Source: an uncultured Verrucomicrobiota bacterium (GTDB lineage Bacteria > Verrucomicrobiota > Kiritimatiellia > CAIQIC01 > Lenti-01). From it: a stretch of DNA of 64,000 nucleotides. The stretch lies in the NCBI GenBank assembly GCA_964399775.1, contig CAYNSH010000007.1, forward strand, positions 788-64,787, written 5' to 3'. Below, piece after piece: positions 27,209 to 36,272 of the stretch. A model generated the notes under the pieces. The model had not been told where the DNA came from. It ran no database searches and saw only the letters and a program-made list of their open reading frames with translations. The number at the start of each line of letters is the position of its first letter. Positions within the stretch are counted from its first letter, which is position 1. The translations under genes were made by a program, and so were the position numbers.

Positions 27209-27997
27209 ATGCTCACCACCAAACGATTCGACTATGTTTCCTTCGACCAGGTTCACTTGCATCCCTCGGTGGCGAACCATCGCCCCTTGCAGGAGGCCAA
27301 GGTGGAACACTATGCCGAGGACATCCTGCGCAACGGGTTGCTCGAACCGATCGTGGTCTGGGAACGCAATCCGGGCGAGTTCTTCCTCGTGGGCGGTTTC
27401 CACCGGCATGCCGCGATCCGGCGCATCCGGGCGCGCCACCCCGGCTACTTCGATCGAATCGATGTGCGCGTGGTTCACGGGGATCTGGACGAAATCCAGG
27501 CGTTGAACCTCAAGCTCAACGCCGACCGGCTGGATGCGCGCATCACCGACTACTTTGATGCCATCGTGTTCATGTCCAATGCCAACTGGGACAAGGGGCG
27601 CATTGCGCGTTTTCTCGACAAGGGCGAGGGCTGGATTGAAGACATCCTGCACTATGCGCCGAGCATGGATCCGCGCGTACGTCGGCTTCTCGAGAGTGGA
27701 GAAATCACCTGGGCCCGGGCCAAAGCCATCTGCAAGGCGGCGCTTTCGGCGCCGCCGGGCGAGGAGCGTGCCGTGGTCGATGCCAAATTGGCCGAAGGCA
27801 AAAACAAGGAGCGTTCCGGCACCCCGCGACCGCTGAACTACCGGACCGCCGTCAAACGCCTCCAGAAACGCAAGGAGCCCTTCCAGGTTTCCGGGGATGA
27901 CCTGATCGCGCTGCTGAAGATCTTGCGATCCAATGCGATCGAGCCAGAGACTCTCGAGCGCGTCCGGACGGCTTTCCCGGGCCTGCTGGAATCGTAG
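27209..27997 (+). CDS. ParB/Sulfiredoxin-fold (ParB N-terminal nuclease-like) domain protein
   Basis: LLEPIVVWE...GEFFLVGGFHRHAAI matches the ParB N-terminal domain GxxR box. No adjacent parA. C-terminal half has no recognised family. Confidence 0.6.
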   Translation: MLTTKRFDYVSFDQVHLHPSVANHRPLQEAKVEHYAEDILRNGLLEPIVVWERNPGEFFLVGGFHRHAAIRRIRARHPGYFDRIDVRVVHGDLDEIQALNLKLNADRLDARITDYFDAIVFMSNANWDKGRIARFLDKGEGWIEDILHYAPSMDPRVRRLLESGEITWARAKAICKAALSAPPGEERAVVDAKLAEGKNKERSGTPRPLNYRTAVKRLQKRKEPFQVSGDDLIALLKILRSNAIEPETLERVRTAFPGLLES

Positions 27998-28083
27998 GCG
28001 GGGACAGCCGTTCGCGGATCCTCCATCGCGGCCTTTTTTCTTGTGATCGGAGAGGGGCGGGGGTATACAGGGACGCCTTCATC

Positions 28084-28953
28084 ATGATGACGTCTCGATT
28101 CATTCCCATTCTGTTGGTCCTGGGCGTTTCGACGCTTTCCGGCGGCTGCGTGCTGGTCCGCAAGGGTGCGGCCCGGGTGGCCGCCCCCGTGGCCACGCAG
28201 CTATCCGACGGCCTGATGCGCCAAAGCGATGTGGAACTGGTTCGCGACGGCGCACCGGCCTTCCTGCTGATGCTCGACGCCATGGCCGAGGGGCATCCCG
28301 GCAATCCCACCATTCTCCTGGCCGCGGCGGAGGCGCAACTGGCCTATGCCACCGCCTTTGTCGAGAAGGGCCGCCGTTCCCGCTCCATGTACCAGAAAGC
28401 CCGCGATTACGGGCTCTTGGCGCTTTCGCGGAACAAGCATTTTGCGGCCGCGCTCGAGGGGTCCATCGATGACTTTGAGCGCGCCCTGGGCCATTTTCGC
28501 AAGCGCGATGCCCACGCCCTGCTGACGACCGCCACCGCATGGGCGTTTTGGATTACCGCCAGCGCGGACTCCCCGGCGGCCTTCGGCCAGATGCCCCGCG
28601 TACTGGCCATGATGGAACGGGTGCGCCAACTGGATCCCGATATCCGACAGGGCGCGCTGGACCAGTTTTACGGCATCTACAGCACCGTCATGCCCCCGGG
28701 CGGCGGGCGCGATCTCGATAAGGCCCGCGCGCACTTCGAACACAGCATGGCAATCGCCGGTCCCGACTATCTGTTGAATCGGGTCGTCTTCGCCGAGTTC
28801 TATGCCCGCTATGCCTTCGATGAGGATCTGTTTCGCTCAACCCTCCAGGCGGTGCTCGAGGCCGACCCGCAGGCCCCCGAGTACACCCTGATGAATTCGG
28901 TTGCCAAACAACGGGCCCGCGCGCTGCTGGACCAGATGGAAGAGTTGTTCTAG
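28084..28953 (+). CDS. TatT-like TPR lipoprotein (TRAP-transporter-associated 'T' component family)
   Basis: Lipoprotein signal MMTSRFIPILLVLGVSTLSGGC. All-helical TPR-like body. Sits immediately upstream of dctPQM, as TatT does. Confidence 0.5.
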   Translation: MMTSRFIPILLVLGVSTLSGGCVLVRKGAARVAAPVATQLSDGLMRQSDVELVRDGAPAFLLMLDAMAEGHPGNPTILLAAAEAQLAYATAFVEKGRRSRSMYQKARDYGLLALSRNKHFAAALEGSIDDFERALGHFRKRDAHALLTTATAWAFWITASADSPAAFGQMPRVLAMMERVRQLDPDIRQGALDQFYGIYSTVMPPGGGRDLDKARAHFEHSMAIAGPDYLLNRVVFAEFYARYAFDEDLFRSTLQAVLEADPQAPEYTLMNSVAKQRARALLDQMEELF

Positions 28954-28969
28954 CCCAAAGGAATTCCCC

Positions 28970-29968
28970 ATGACCCGCGATCCCATCCTTGTCGTTGTCC
29001 TGCTGGCGGCGTTGCTGCTGGCCCTCTTGCCCGCGAATGCCCAGGTGCGATTGAACGTGGCCACCCTGGCTCCGGAGGGCAGCATCTGGATGCAGGCGCT
29101 GAACGACGCCAAGGCCGAGATTGAAACCGCCACCGCCAACGCCGTCCGCGTTCGCATTTATCCCGGCGGCATCATGGGGTCGGAACGCGATGTGCTTTCG
29201 AAAATCCGCATGGGGCAGCTCCACGGCGGCGGATTCATGGGCTATGCGATCGGCGTGATCTGCCCGGATGCCGATGCCTTGATGTTTCCCATGGCTCTCC
29301 GCAACTACGAGGAAGTCGATGCCGCTCTCGACGGCATGCGCGAGATTCTCGATGAAAGCGCACGCGCCAATGGATTCGAGGCCATGGGCTGGACCGAAGT
29401 CGGGTTCAGCTACGCCTACGGCACCAAGCCGGTCGCCAGCCTGTCCGATCTGCGCGGCACGCGGGTCTGGGGATTGGATTCGCCGACGATGATGGAACTT
29501 TTTTCCGCCGGCAACGTCGCCACCATCCCCGCCAATGTCACGGATGTGCTGCCCGCATTGCAAACCGGCGCCCTGGAAACCGTGTTTGGACCGCCCACGG
29601 CGGCCGTCGCGGTCCAGTGGCACACGCGCGTGCGCTATTACAACGAAATGCGCCTGACCTATTCCATCGGCGGCGTGTTCCTCTCGGCCGCCGGCTGGCG
29701 AATGATTCCCCCGCAGCACCAGGCCGTCGTCCAAGAGGCCTTTGACAAGCACTGCCGGCTGCTGACCCCCAAGGTCCGCAAGAGCGATCTCGAAGCGCTG
29801 GCGTTCATGCGCGAGCAGGGCGTCCAGCCGGTCCCGGAAACCGATGGGGTCCGGGCGGACTTCGAGCGCATTGCCACGATCGCCATCGAAAAGGTCAAGG
29901 GGCGCACGTTTTCCGTCAAGGCCTGGGATCGCCTGCAGGAGATCGTCCGGGGCCTGCGCGACTCATGA
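28970..29968 (+). CDS. TRAP transporter substrate-binding protein (DctP family)
   Basis: Signal peptide MTRDPILVVVLLAALLLALLPANA. DctP-like fold motifs. Start at M24 of ORF 28901..29968. Confidence 0.75.
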   Translation: MTRDPILVVVLLAALLLALLPANAQVRLNVATLAPEGSIWMQALNDAKAEIETATANAVRVRIYPGGIMGSERDVLSKIRMGQLHGGGFMGYAIGVICPDADALMFPMALRNYEEVDAALDGMREILDESARANGFEAMGWTEVGFSYAYGTKPVASLSDLRGTRVWGLDSPTMMELFSAGNVATIPANVTDVLPALQTGALETVFGPPTAAVAVQWHTRVRYYNEMRLTYSIGGVFLSAAGWRMIPPQHQAVVQEAFDKHCRLLTPKVRKSDLEALAFMREQGVQPVPETDGVRADFERIATIAIEKVKGRTFSVKAWDRLQEIVRGLRDS

Positions 29969-30504
29969 GCGGCTGGCCCCGGAGAACGTTCGAGTTCGGC
30001 CGCCGGTGGATGGATCGGCTCGAGCGCGGATTCCTCGCGCTGTTCATGTCCAGCATGGTCGTGCTGGCCGCCTTGCAGATCCTCCTTCGCAATCTCTGGA
30101 AAACCGGATTTCCCTGGGCGGAGCCGCTGCTGGGGATGGGCCTGCTGTGGCTGACCATGCTGGGCGCGCTGGCCGCGGCGGGACTGGGCCGCCACTTGGC
30201 CATTGATCTGGCCACCGCGCTGCTCCCGCGGAAATGGTCCGTCTGGATCGGCCGGGCGACTTCGCTCTTTGCCGCCGTGGTGTGCGGCGTGCTGGCCTGG
30301 GCGGCGGGCCGCTATGTCGGCTTCCAACGCGACATGGGCATGGGCGAACTCCTCGGCTGGCCCGTCTGGAAATACTACGGGGTCATCCCCGTCGCCTGCT
30401 GGCTGATGGCCCTGCGCTTCGCCCTGCGCGCCTTGGTTCCAACCGCCTGGCTGCCTTCGCCCGAGGCGGAAGGATTGCCGGGCGAGGGGAGGGTAGAGGC
30501 ATGA
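29965..30504 (+). CDS. TRAP transporter small permease (DctQ family)
   Basis: 179 aa, four predicted TM helices. Start overlaps the DctP stop (ATGA). Confidence 0.75.
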   Translation: MSGWPRRTFEFGRRWMDRLERGFLALFMSSMVVLAALQILLRNLWKTGFPWAEPLLGMGLLWLTMLGALAAAGLGRHLAIDLATALLPRKWSVWIGRATSLFAAVVCGVLAWAAGRYVGFQRDMGMGELLGWPVWKYYGVIPVACWLMALRFALRALVPTAWLPSPEAEGLPGEGRVEA

Positions 30505-31763
30505 CGGGGTTGGTGCTGGTTTTCGCCCTGCTGGGCGCGCCGATGTTCGTGGTTTTCGCCGCGCTGGCCATGATTGCCTACCAATCCAGCGGCATGGACT
30601 TCGCCATCGTCATTGGGGAACTGACCCGCCTGGTGCACATGCCCATGCTGCAAGCGCTGCCGATGTTCGCCCTGGCCGGCTATGTCCTGGCCGGCAGCCG
30701 TGCGTCCGAGCGCCTCCTGCGAATTACGCGCGCGGCGTTTGGCTGGATGCCCGGCGGATTGGCGATGGTGTGCATTGTCACCTGCACCTTCATGACCGCC
30801 TTCACCGGTGCTTCGGGCGTAACCATCGTCGCCCTGGGGGGACTGCTGCTTCCCGCGTTGCTCAAGGATGGATACCGGGAAAAAGCCGCCCTCGGCCTGG
30901 TGACCACCGGCGGCAACATGGGCGTGCTGTTCGTTCCCAGCCTCCCGCTCATCCTCTATGCCATCATTGCCCAACCCATCTCGGCCGAAGTCACGATTGA
31001 GGCGATCTTCCGCGCCGGGGTGCTGCCGGGGCTGGTCGCGCTGGCGGCCCTCTGCGGCTATGGCATCTGGGCCGGCATCCATGCGCGCATTCCACGCCAC
31101 GCATTTCAAGCGCGCGAGTTGGGCGCCGCCCTCTGGGCGGCCAAGTGGGAATTGCCCCTGCCGTTTGTGGTGCTCGGAGGCATCTACAGCGGATTCCTCG
31201 TGGCCAGCGAAGCGGCCGTCATTACCGCCGCCTATGTCCTCATCATCGAAGTGCTGGTCTATCGCGAAATTCCTCTCCGAAAACTCACCGTGTTGATTCG
31301 CGATACCGTAGTCCTGGTCGGCGGCGTCCTGCTCATCCTCGGCATGGGCATGGCCATCACGAATTTCCTGATCTTCGAAGAAGTCCCCCAACTCATCCTC
31401 GAGTGGGTAGGGGGGCGGATCCAACATCCGATTGTATTCCTGATCACCCTGAATGTCTTCCTATTGGGGGTCGGGTGCATCATGGATATCTATACTGCCA
31501 CGATCGTGATCGTTCCGCTGCTGGCCCCCCTGGCCCTGCGCTACGGAATCGATCCGGTCCACCTGGCGATCATCTTCCTGGCCAATCTGGCCATCGGCTA
31601 CAGCACGCCACCGGTCGGGATGAACCTGTTCATTGCGGCCATGCGCCTGAACCGACCGCTCATGAAACTCGCCGCCGCCTCGCTGACCCTGATGGGGCTC
31701 ATGCTCGGAGTCCTGCTCCTCATCACATACTGGCCGGCCCTGAGTCTCGCCCTGGTCCGCTAG
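30501..31763 (+). CDS. TRAP transporter large permease (DctM family)
   Basis: MTGLVLVFALLGAPMFVVFAALAMIAY..., ~12 TM. Start at M90 of ORF 30234..31763, overlapping the DctQ stop (ATGA). Confidence 0.85.
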   Translation: MTGLVLVFALLGAPMFVVFAALAMIAYQSSGMDFAIVIGELTRLVHMPMLQALPMFALAGYVLAGSRASERLLRITRAAFGWMPGGLAMVCIVTCTFMTAFTGASGVTIVALGGLLLPALLKDGYREKAALGLVTTGGNMGVLFVPSLPLILYAIIAQPISAEVTIEAIFRAGVLPGLVALAALCGYGIWAGIHARIPRHAFQARELGAALWAAKWELPLPFVVLGGIYSGFLVASEAAVITAAYVLIIEVLVYREIPLRKLTVLIRDTVVLVGGVLLILGMGMAITNFLIFEEVPQLILEWVGGRIQHPIVFLITLNVFLLGVGCIMDIYTATIVIVPLLAPLALRYGIDPVHLAIIFLANLAIGYSTPPVGMNLFIAAMRLNRPLMKLAAASLTLMGLMLGVLLLITYWPALSLALVR

Positions 31764-31956
31764 GCTCCGGGGATCTTGCCAAACGAACCCGGGCGACCGG
31801 AGGTTCCACATTTCCTCGTCGGCACATACCCGATACCCGATTGAGTCCCGGAACGACAAAGAGGCGTTCAAAGGAGGGATGATCATCGGGATCTCTTGCC
31901 CGATGCTCAACAAGTTATTGTCGGGTCGAAATCCGCGTCCTCACGGTTCTGCCTAC

Positions 31957-32018
31957 CATATATAGCGGTTCCCGTACCCCATAATGTAACATAATATGTA
32001 TTATGCGACATTATGTAA
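31957..32018. other. AT-rich palindromic island in convergent intergenic region: nested inverted repeats ATAATGT(31981-87)/ACATTAT(32008-14) and CATAATA-TG-TATTATG (31990-32005)
   Basis: Read directly. ~70% AT against a ~65% GC background. Possible protein-binding site or small structured RNA. Confidence 0.5.
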
Positions 32019-32050
32019 GGCAGATGGGCGGATGGGTTATTGAATTCAAC

Positions 32051-32089
32051 AAAAAGCGCCGGCTTCGCTCTCTCAAGCGAAACCGGCGC
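32051..32089 (-). terminator. Rho-independent terminator of the rubredoxin gene
   Basis: Stem gcgccggcttcgct / agcgaaaccggcgc (32056-69 / 32076-89) with the U-tract on the minus strand (aaaaa at 32051-55 on plus), 16 nt after the rubredoxin stop. Confidence 0.7.
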
Positions 32090-32105
32090 GAGCGATCGCG
32101 TGTTC

Positions 32106-32264
32106 TTACTCTTGCGCGACGAAGGAATCCTTGCCGACGCCGCAAACCGGGCAGACCCAGGAATCCGGAATGTCTTCGAAGGCCGTCCCGGGCTCGATTC
32201 CGCTGTCGGGATCGCCCAGTTCGGGGTCATAGACATAGCCACACACGGTGCACAGATATTTCAT
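32106..32264 (-). CDS. Rubredoxin (52 aa), missed by the ORF track
   Basis: My translation: [52 protein letters not shown]. Canonical CxxCG...CPxCG rubredoxin motifs. GGAGA ribosome-binding site 8 nt upstream. Confidence 0.85.
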   Translation of the reverse strand: MKYLCTVCGYVYDPELGDPDSGIEPGTAFEDIPDSWVCPVCGVGKDSFVAQE

Positions 32265-32295
32265 GGGGTTTCTCCTATGGGTTGGGTTGTTGTTC

Positions 32296-33414
32296 TTAGA
32301 GCAGGTTCTTTCGCTCAGGATCTTTTCGCAATTCCGCCAGAAGCCTCTTGATATCCTGGGATCGATCTTTGGCGCAAACGAGCGTTACGCCGTCGGCTTG
32401 AACCACCACCAGGTCGCTCACGCCCACCAGTGCGGTCAGTCGTCCCTCGCTCACGACAATGTTGCGTTTCCCCGCGTGGATCGCCGCGTCGCCTTGAACG
32501 GCATTGCGCTGATCATCCCGCGGCAAATGGGACTCCAAGGCTGGCCAGGATCCCACATCGTCCCAGGCGAACCGCCCCTGGCACATCACCACATTCTGCG
32601 CCTTCTCCATCACGGCGTAATCAATCGAAATCTTGGCCAGTCCCGGAAAATCCTGTTCCAGGGCTTGCTGAAAGTCCGCCGGATTCGCATGGGTCGACCA
32701 TCGGGCCATGCACTCCGCCAATTCCGGCGCATGCCGACTGAACGCCCGTTCCAGGCTGGCAATGGACCAGATAAACATCCCGGAATTCCAGGCATGGCGA
32801 CCGCTGGCCAAATAGGTCTCCGCCGTCGCCCGGTCCGGCTTTTCCACGAACCGCCGAACGCGGAGAAACTCGATGGATTGGGTCGTGCGATAGACCTCGC
32901 CGGCTTCAATGTATCCGTACGCACTGCTGGGTTCAGTGGGCGGAATCCCAATCGTCATCAAGACATCCTCGCTGGCGCACAACCGCAAGCCCTCGCGGAG
33001 GGTTTGGCGAAAGAGGTCGAGATCGCCGATGATGTGGTCGGCGGTCAGCACGCAGAACACGGCCGCGGGATCGCGCGCGCGGATCCAGGCCGCACCGGCG
33101 GCAATCGCCGCGGCGGTGTCTCGTCCCACGGGTTCGCCCAGGATGCCGACCGCACTCCCCTCCCCCAGCATGTCGCGAATCGGCGCCACCAGGGATTCAC
33201 TGGTAACAATCAGAATGCGCTCCGGCGGGACCACGCCCGCCAACCGGTCGACAGCCTGCAGGATCAGCGGCCGCCCCCCCGCCAGCGATAGCAGTTGCTT
33301 GGGACGGCGCGACGTGCTCAGCGGCCAAAATCGCTCGCCTTTGCCGCCGGCCATGATGACCGCATAGGCGTGATCGACATCAATCATGTCGCCGGTCGGC
33401 GTTTTCCACGCCAT
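32296..33414 (-). CDS. Mannose-1-phosphate guanylyltransferase family nucleotidyltransferase
   Basis: [16 protein letters not shown]...PKQLL... N-terminal NTP-transferase domain plus C-terminal extension. Confidence 0.8.
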   Translation of the reverse strand: MAWKTPTGDMIDVDHAYAVIMAGGKGERFWPLSTSRRPKQLLSLAGGRPLILQAVDRLAGVVPPERILIVTSESLVAPIRDMLGEGSAVGILGEPVGRDTAAAIAAGAAWIRARDPAAVFCVLTADHIIGDLDLFRQTLREGLRLCASEDVLMTIGIPPTEPSSAYGYIEAGEVYRTTQSIEFLRVRRFVEKPDRATAETYLASGRHAWNSGMFIWSIASLERAFSRHAPELAECMARWSTHANPADFQQALEQDFPGLAKISIDYAVMEKAQNVVMCQGRFAWDDVGSWPALESHLPRDDQRNAVQGDAAIHAGKRNIVVSEGRLTALVGVSDLVVVQADGVTLVCAKDRSQDIKRLLAELRKDPERKNLL

Positions 33415-33484
33415 GGAAACTTTTGTCTGGATTTTTCCACAGCATGGAAAATCGGTGTTGCATGGGTCGACGTTGGTTCAGCGC

Positions 33485-36205
33485 TTAGTAACGGATCGGC
33501 TTCATCCAGTCCGGCAGATCGTCGGGGTCCACGGGAACCTTTCCGGCGGCCCGGGCTTTCGCGGCCGCGGCGGCCTCGCGGGCGGCGAGTTGTTCCGCCC
33601 GCCGGGTGGCGGCCGCCTGACGGCGCTGCTCACGGGGCGACACGTCGGGCGGCACGGGCGTGGACGGCCACGTCCCGCCAACCGCGGGAACCGGCTCCAC
33701 GTGAGGACGGACCACGGGTGCGGCGGGTGGCGTCTCCACGGCTCGCCATGGAGCCTCTTGTTGCTGCTCCATGGCCACCTGGATGTCCCGGGTGCGGGCT
33801 TCCAGTTCGCGGATTTCTTGTTCCATCTGGCGCAGACGCGCTTCCGCGGCTTCGCGGGCCGCGCGTTCTTCCTGGATCAGCGCTTGCGTCTGGGCCGACG
33901 CGATGTGCTCCTGGCGGGCGATCTCCTGGGCGATGCGGATTTCCTCCGCCTGGCGTGCGGCTTCTTCCGCGATGCGCTGCTCCAGGGCCGCTTGTTCCGC
34001 CGCCGCCTGGGCGGCCACTTCGGCTTCGATCCGCTTCACCTCGGCCTGCTTGCGTTCTTCGGCTTCGCGGATCGCCTCTTCGGCGGCCGCCCGACGCGCT
34101 TCCATCTCGGCCAGCCGACGTTCGACCGCCTCGCGTTCGCGCTGAGCCGCCTCTTGTTCACGGGCCAAGGCTTCCGCCTGCTCCCGCGCCGCCACGGCTT
34201 CGCGTTGCTGGCGCTCCAATTCGCGGGCCTTCTCCTCGAGCGCCTTCTTCGCCTCGGCTTCCAGCCGCGCCGTTTCCTTGCGGGCTTCGGTCTCGGCGGC
34301 TCGGCGGGCCGCGGCTTCCTCGCGGTCCAGTCGCGCCTCGAGCTTGCGGTTGGCCCGTTCGACCTTCTTTTGTTCAGCGGCCAGTCGCTTGGTTTCCCGG
34401 GCCAACCGTCGGGCTTCCGCCCTTTGTTCACGTTGTTCTTGGCGCAGGCGAGCGGCTTCCTCGCTGGCCGCGGCTTTTTCCGCCGCCGCGATGCGGGCCG
34501 CCTCGGCGCGCGCCCGCCGCTCCTGCTCCTGGCGCTCCAGGGCTTCTTCCTTGCGCTGCTGCGCCAATTCGGCCCGGGTGGGCTCCATGCTCACCAACGG
34601 CACGACCTCCGCGGGCGTCTCGGCCAAGGGCACGACCAGCATGCTGGTGGGCGGCGAGGCGCTCATCCCGGCATCCGTCGGCGCGTAGGCCGGACGGATG
34701 TATTCCGGGACCTCGTCCTCCAGGGCCGCCCGTCCCATTTCTTCGTCCAATGTCGGGCCCGGCCCGAACTCGATCAGCTCCTCATCGTCATATTCGGCCC
34801 AGTCGTACCCGTCCGCGTCGTAGCCGTCATCCAGGGCGTCCGTCTCAGCCGGTGTCCATTCCGCTCGGGTATCCGACTCTTCGGCTGCGACCACATCGTA
34901 GTCCTCGGGGGTGTACTCCTCCTCGAACGCCCCCTCCTCGTCTCGATCCCATTCTGCGGTCTCGCCCTGTTCCTCGACGCCATCCGGCCGCATGCCCAAG
35001 GTGGTGGGCTCGATTTCTTCTTCGTCCGCCAAGTCCTGCGCCAACTCCGACTCCAGGAGTTCCGGCGCGATATCCAACGGCTGCGGCGAATCGGGAATAT
35101 CCTCGAGTTCGGGATAGCGGCCGGTCAAATCCTCCAGCCATTGGCGGCGGTCATGATCTACGTCCAGTTCGAGTTCATCGAGTTCGGATGCCAGGTCCGA
35201 CTCGATGGCGGGCGTTGGGGGCGGCATGGGTTCGTCCGCTTGTTCCAGCACCTCGGGGGCTGGAACCACATCCTCCTCCTTGAGATCCGCCCACGTTGGC
35301 TCTTCGTAGACAACCTCGTCATCGGAATCCGGGTCAACGGCTTCCGAAGGGAGCGGGAGATCTTCTTCCGGCGGCGGGGCCAGCGGCTGAGGCGCATCCT
35401 CCTCGCGAAGCAGGGCGACATCCTCCATGGGCACATCCGGCGGTTCGGGCAGGGCCGGTTCCAACGCTGGCCATGCGGCCATTTCCTCGGCGACCTGGGC
35501 CGCCTGTTCCATCACGGCCTGTTTCTCCAGCAGCGCCATCACGGCGCCAACCATGACTTCATCGGCCGTGGTCCCGCGGTCGCGGAGCTTGCCGCGCAGC
35601 GAATCCGCGACAATGTGTTCGGCGATCCGGTGGCCGCCATCGGACTGGGATTGGATCAACTGGGCCACCGTGACACCCTGTTCCCGCGCCATCTGGATGA
35701 GGTTGTTCTGGGCCTCGATCAAGAGTGCTTGCATCACGACATCGGAGGCGTCCGCCACCTCCTCCGCTTTGGCCGCACCGGGTTCCAGCATGTTGACCCA
35801 GTGCTCATCCAGATCATCACGGGTCTGCAGGGCATAACACGCATTCACGATGATGTAGTAGCGGCGGCGGATCTGGTCGACCGTTCCCGCAAACGAGTAG
35901 GTGCCGCCTTCGCCCAGCGCGCGGAACGGTTCCGCCAATTCTTCCGGCACCCAAACCGTGCCGGCCTGGGCCAGTTCCATGGCCAGATAGTTCCGACGAT
36001 CCAGCCGAGTGCTTCGCCCGGAAGGAGCCGCGCGCAGCGTATCGTTGAATAATACCGGCCGCGCCCAGGCATTTTGCGGGCTACGCTGCAAGGTGGCGGC
36101 ATCGAACCTGACATACGATTCCATTGGGGTCGCTGCCGCCGACCAGGCTACAAACCCTGCCATCAGGCCGGCACAGAACGATGCGCTCCATCTTGTCCGT
36201 TTCAT
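33485..36205 (-). CDS. Large secreted acidic/charged coiled-coil protein (Asp/Glu-rich linker, ~330-aa Glu/Arg/Ala-rich helical region, Pro-rich C-terminus)
   Basis: Signal peptide MKRTRWSASFCAGLMAGFVAWSAAA (M17 of ORF 33485..36253). ~200-aa N-terminal globular region. Very low-complexity remainder. The opposite-strand 888-aa ORF is an artefact. Confidence 0.6.
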   Translation of the reverse strand: MKRTRWSASFCAGLMAGFVAWSAAATPMESYVRFDAATLQRSPQNAWARPVLFNDTLRAAPSGRSTRLDRRNYLAMELAQAGTVWVPEELAEPFRALGEGGTYSFAGTVDQIRRRYYIIVNACYALQTRDDLDEHWVNMLEPGAAKAEEVADASDVVMQALLIEAQNNLIQMAREQGVTVAQLIQSQSDGGHRIAEHIVADSLRGKLRDRGTTADEVMVGAVMALLEKQAVMEQAAQVAEEMAAWPALEPALPEPPDVPMEDVALLREEDAPQPLAPPPEEDLPLPSEAVDPDSDDEVVYEEPTWADLKEEDVVPAPEVLEQADEPMPPPTPAIESDLASELDELELDVDHDRRQWLEDLTGRYPELEDIPDSPQPLDIAPELLESELAQDLADEEEIEPTTLGMRPDGVEEQGETAEWDRDEEGAFEEEYTPEDYDVVAAEESDTRAEWTPAETDALDDGYDADGYDWAEYDDEELIEFGPGPTLDEEMGRAALEDEVPEYIRPAYAPTDAGMSASPPTSMLVVPLAETPAEVVPLVSMEPTRAELAQQRKEEALERQEQERRARAEAARIAAAEKAAASEEAARLRQEQREQRAEARRLARETKRLAAEQKKVERANRKLEARLDREEAAARRAAETEARKETARLEAEAKKALEEKARELERQQREAVAAREQAEALAREQEAAQREREAVERRLAEMEARRAAAEEAIREAEERKQAEVKRIEAEVAAQAAAEQAALEQRIAEEAARQAEEIRIAQEIARQEHIASAQTQALIQEERAAREAAEARLRQMEQEIRELEARTRDIQVAMEQQQEAPWRAVETPPAAPVVRPHVEPVPAVGGTWPSTPVPPDVSPREQRRQAAATRRAEQLAAREAAAAAKARAAGKVPVDPDDLPDWMKPIRY

Positions 36206-36272
36206 TTGACTCCCGCTTTCATGCATTCCACCCCCCCTACTTATACCGCCCAAACCGCCAAATCAAGCCTAT

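Noticed and set aside
31907-32242. 111-aa minus ORF and 98-aa plus ORF (32003..32299) over the rubredoxin region
   Set aside because: Both overlap the far better-supported rubredoxin CDS in other frames and have no recognisable features.
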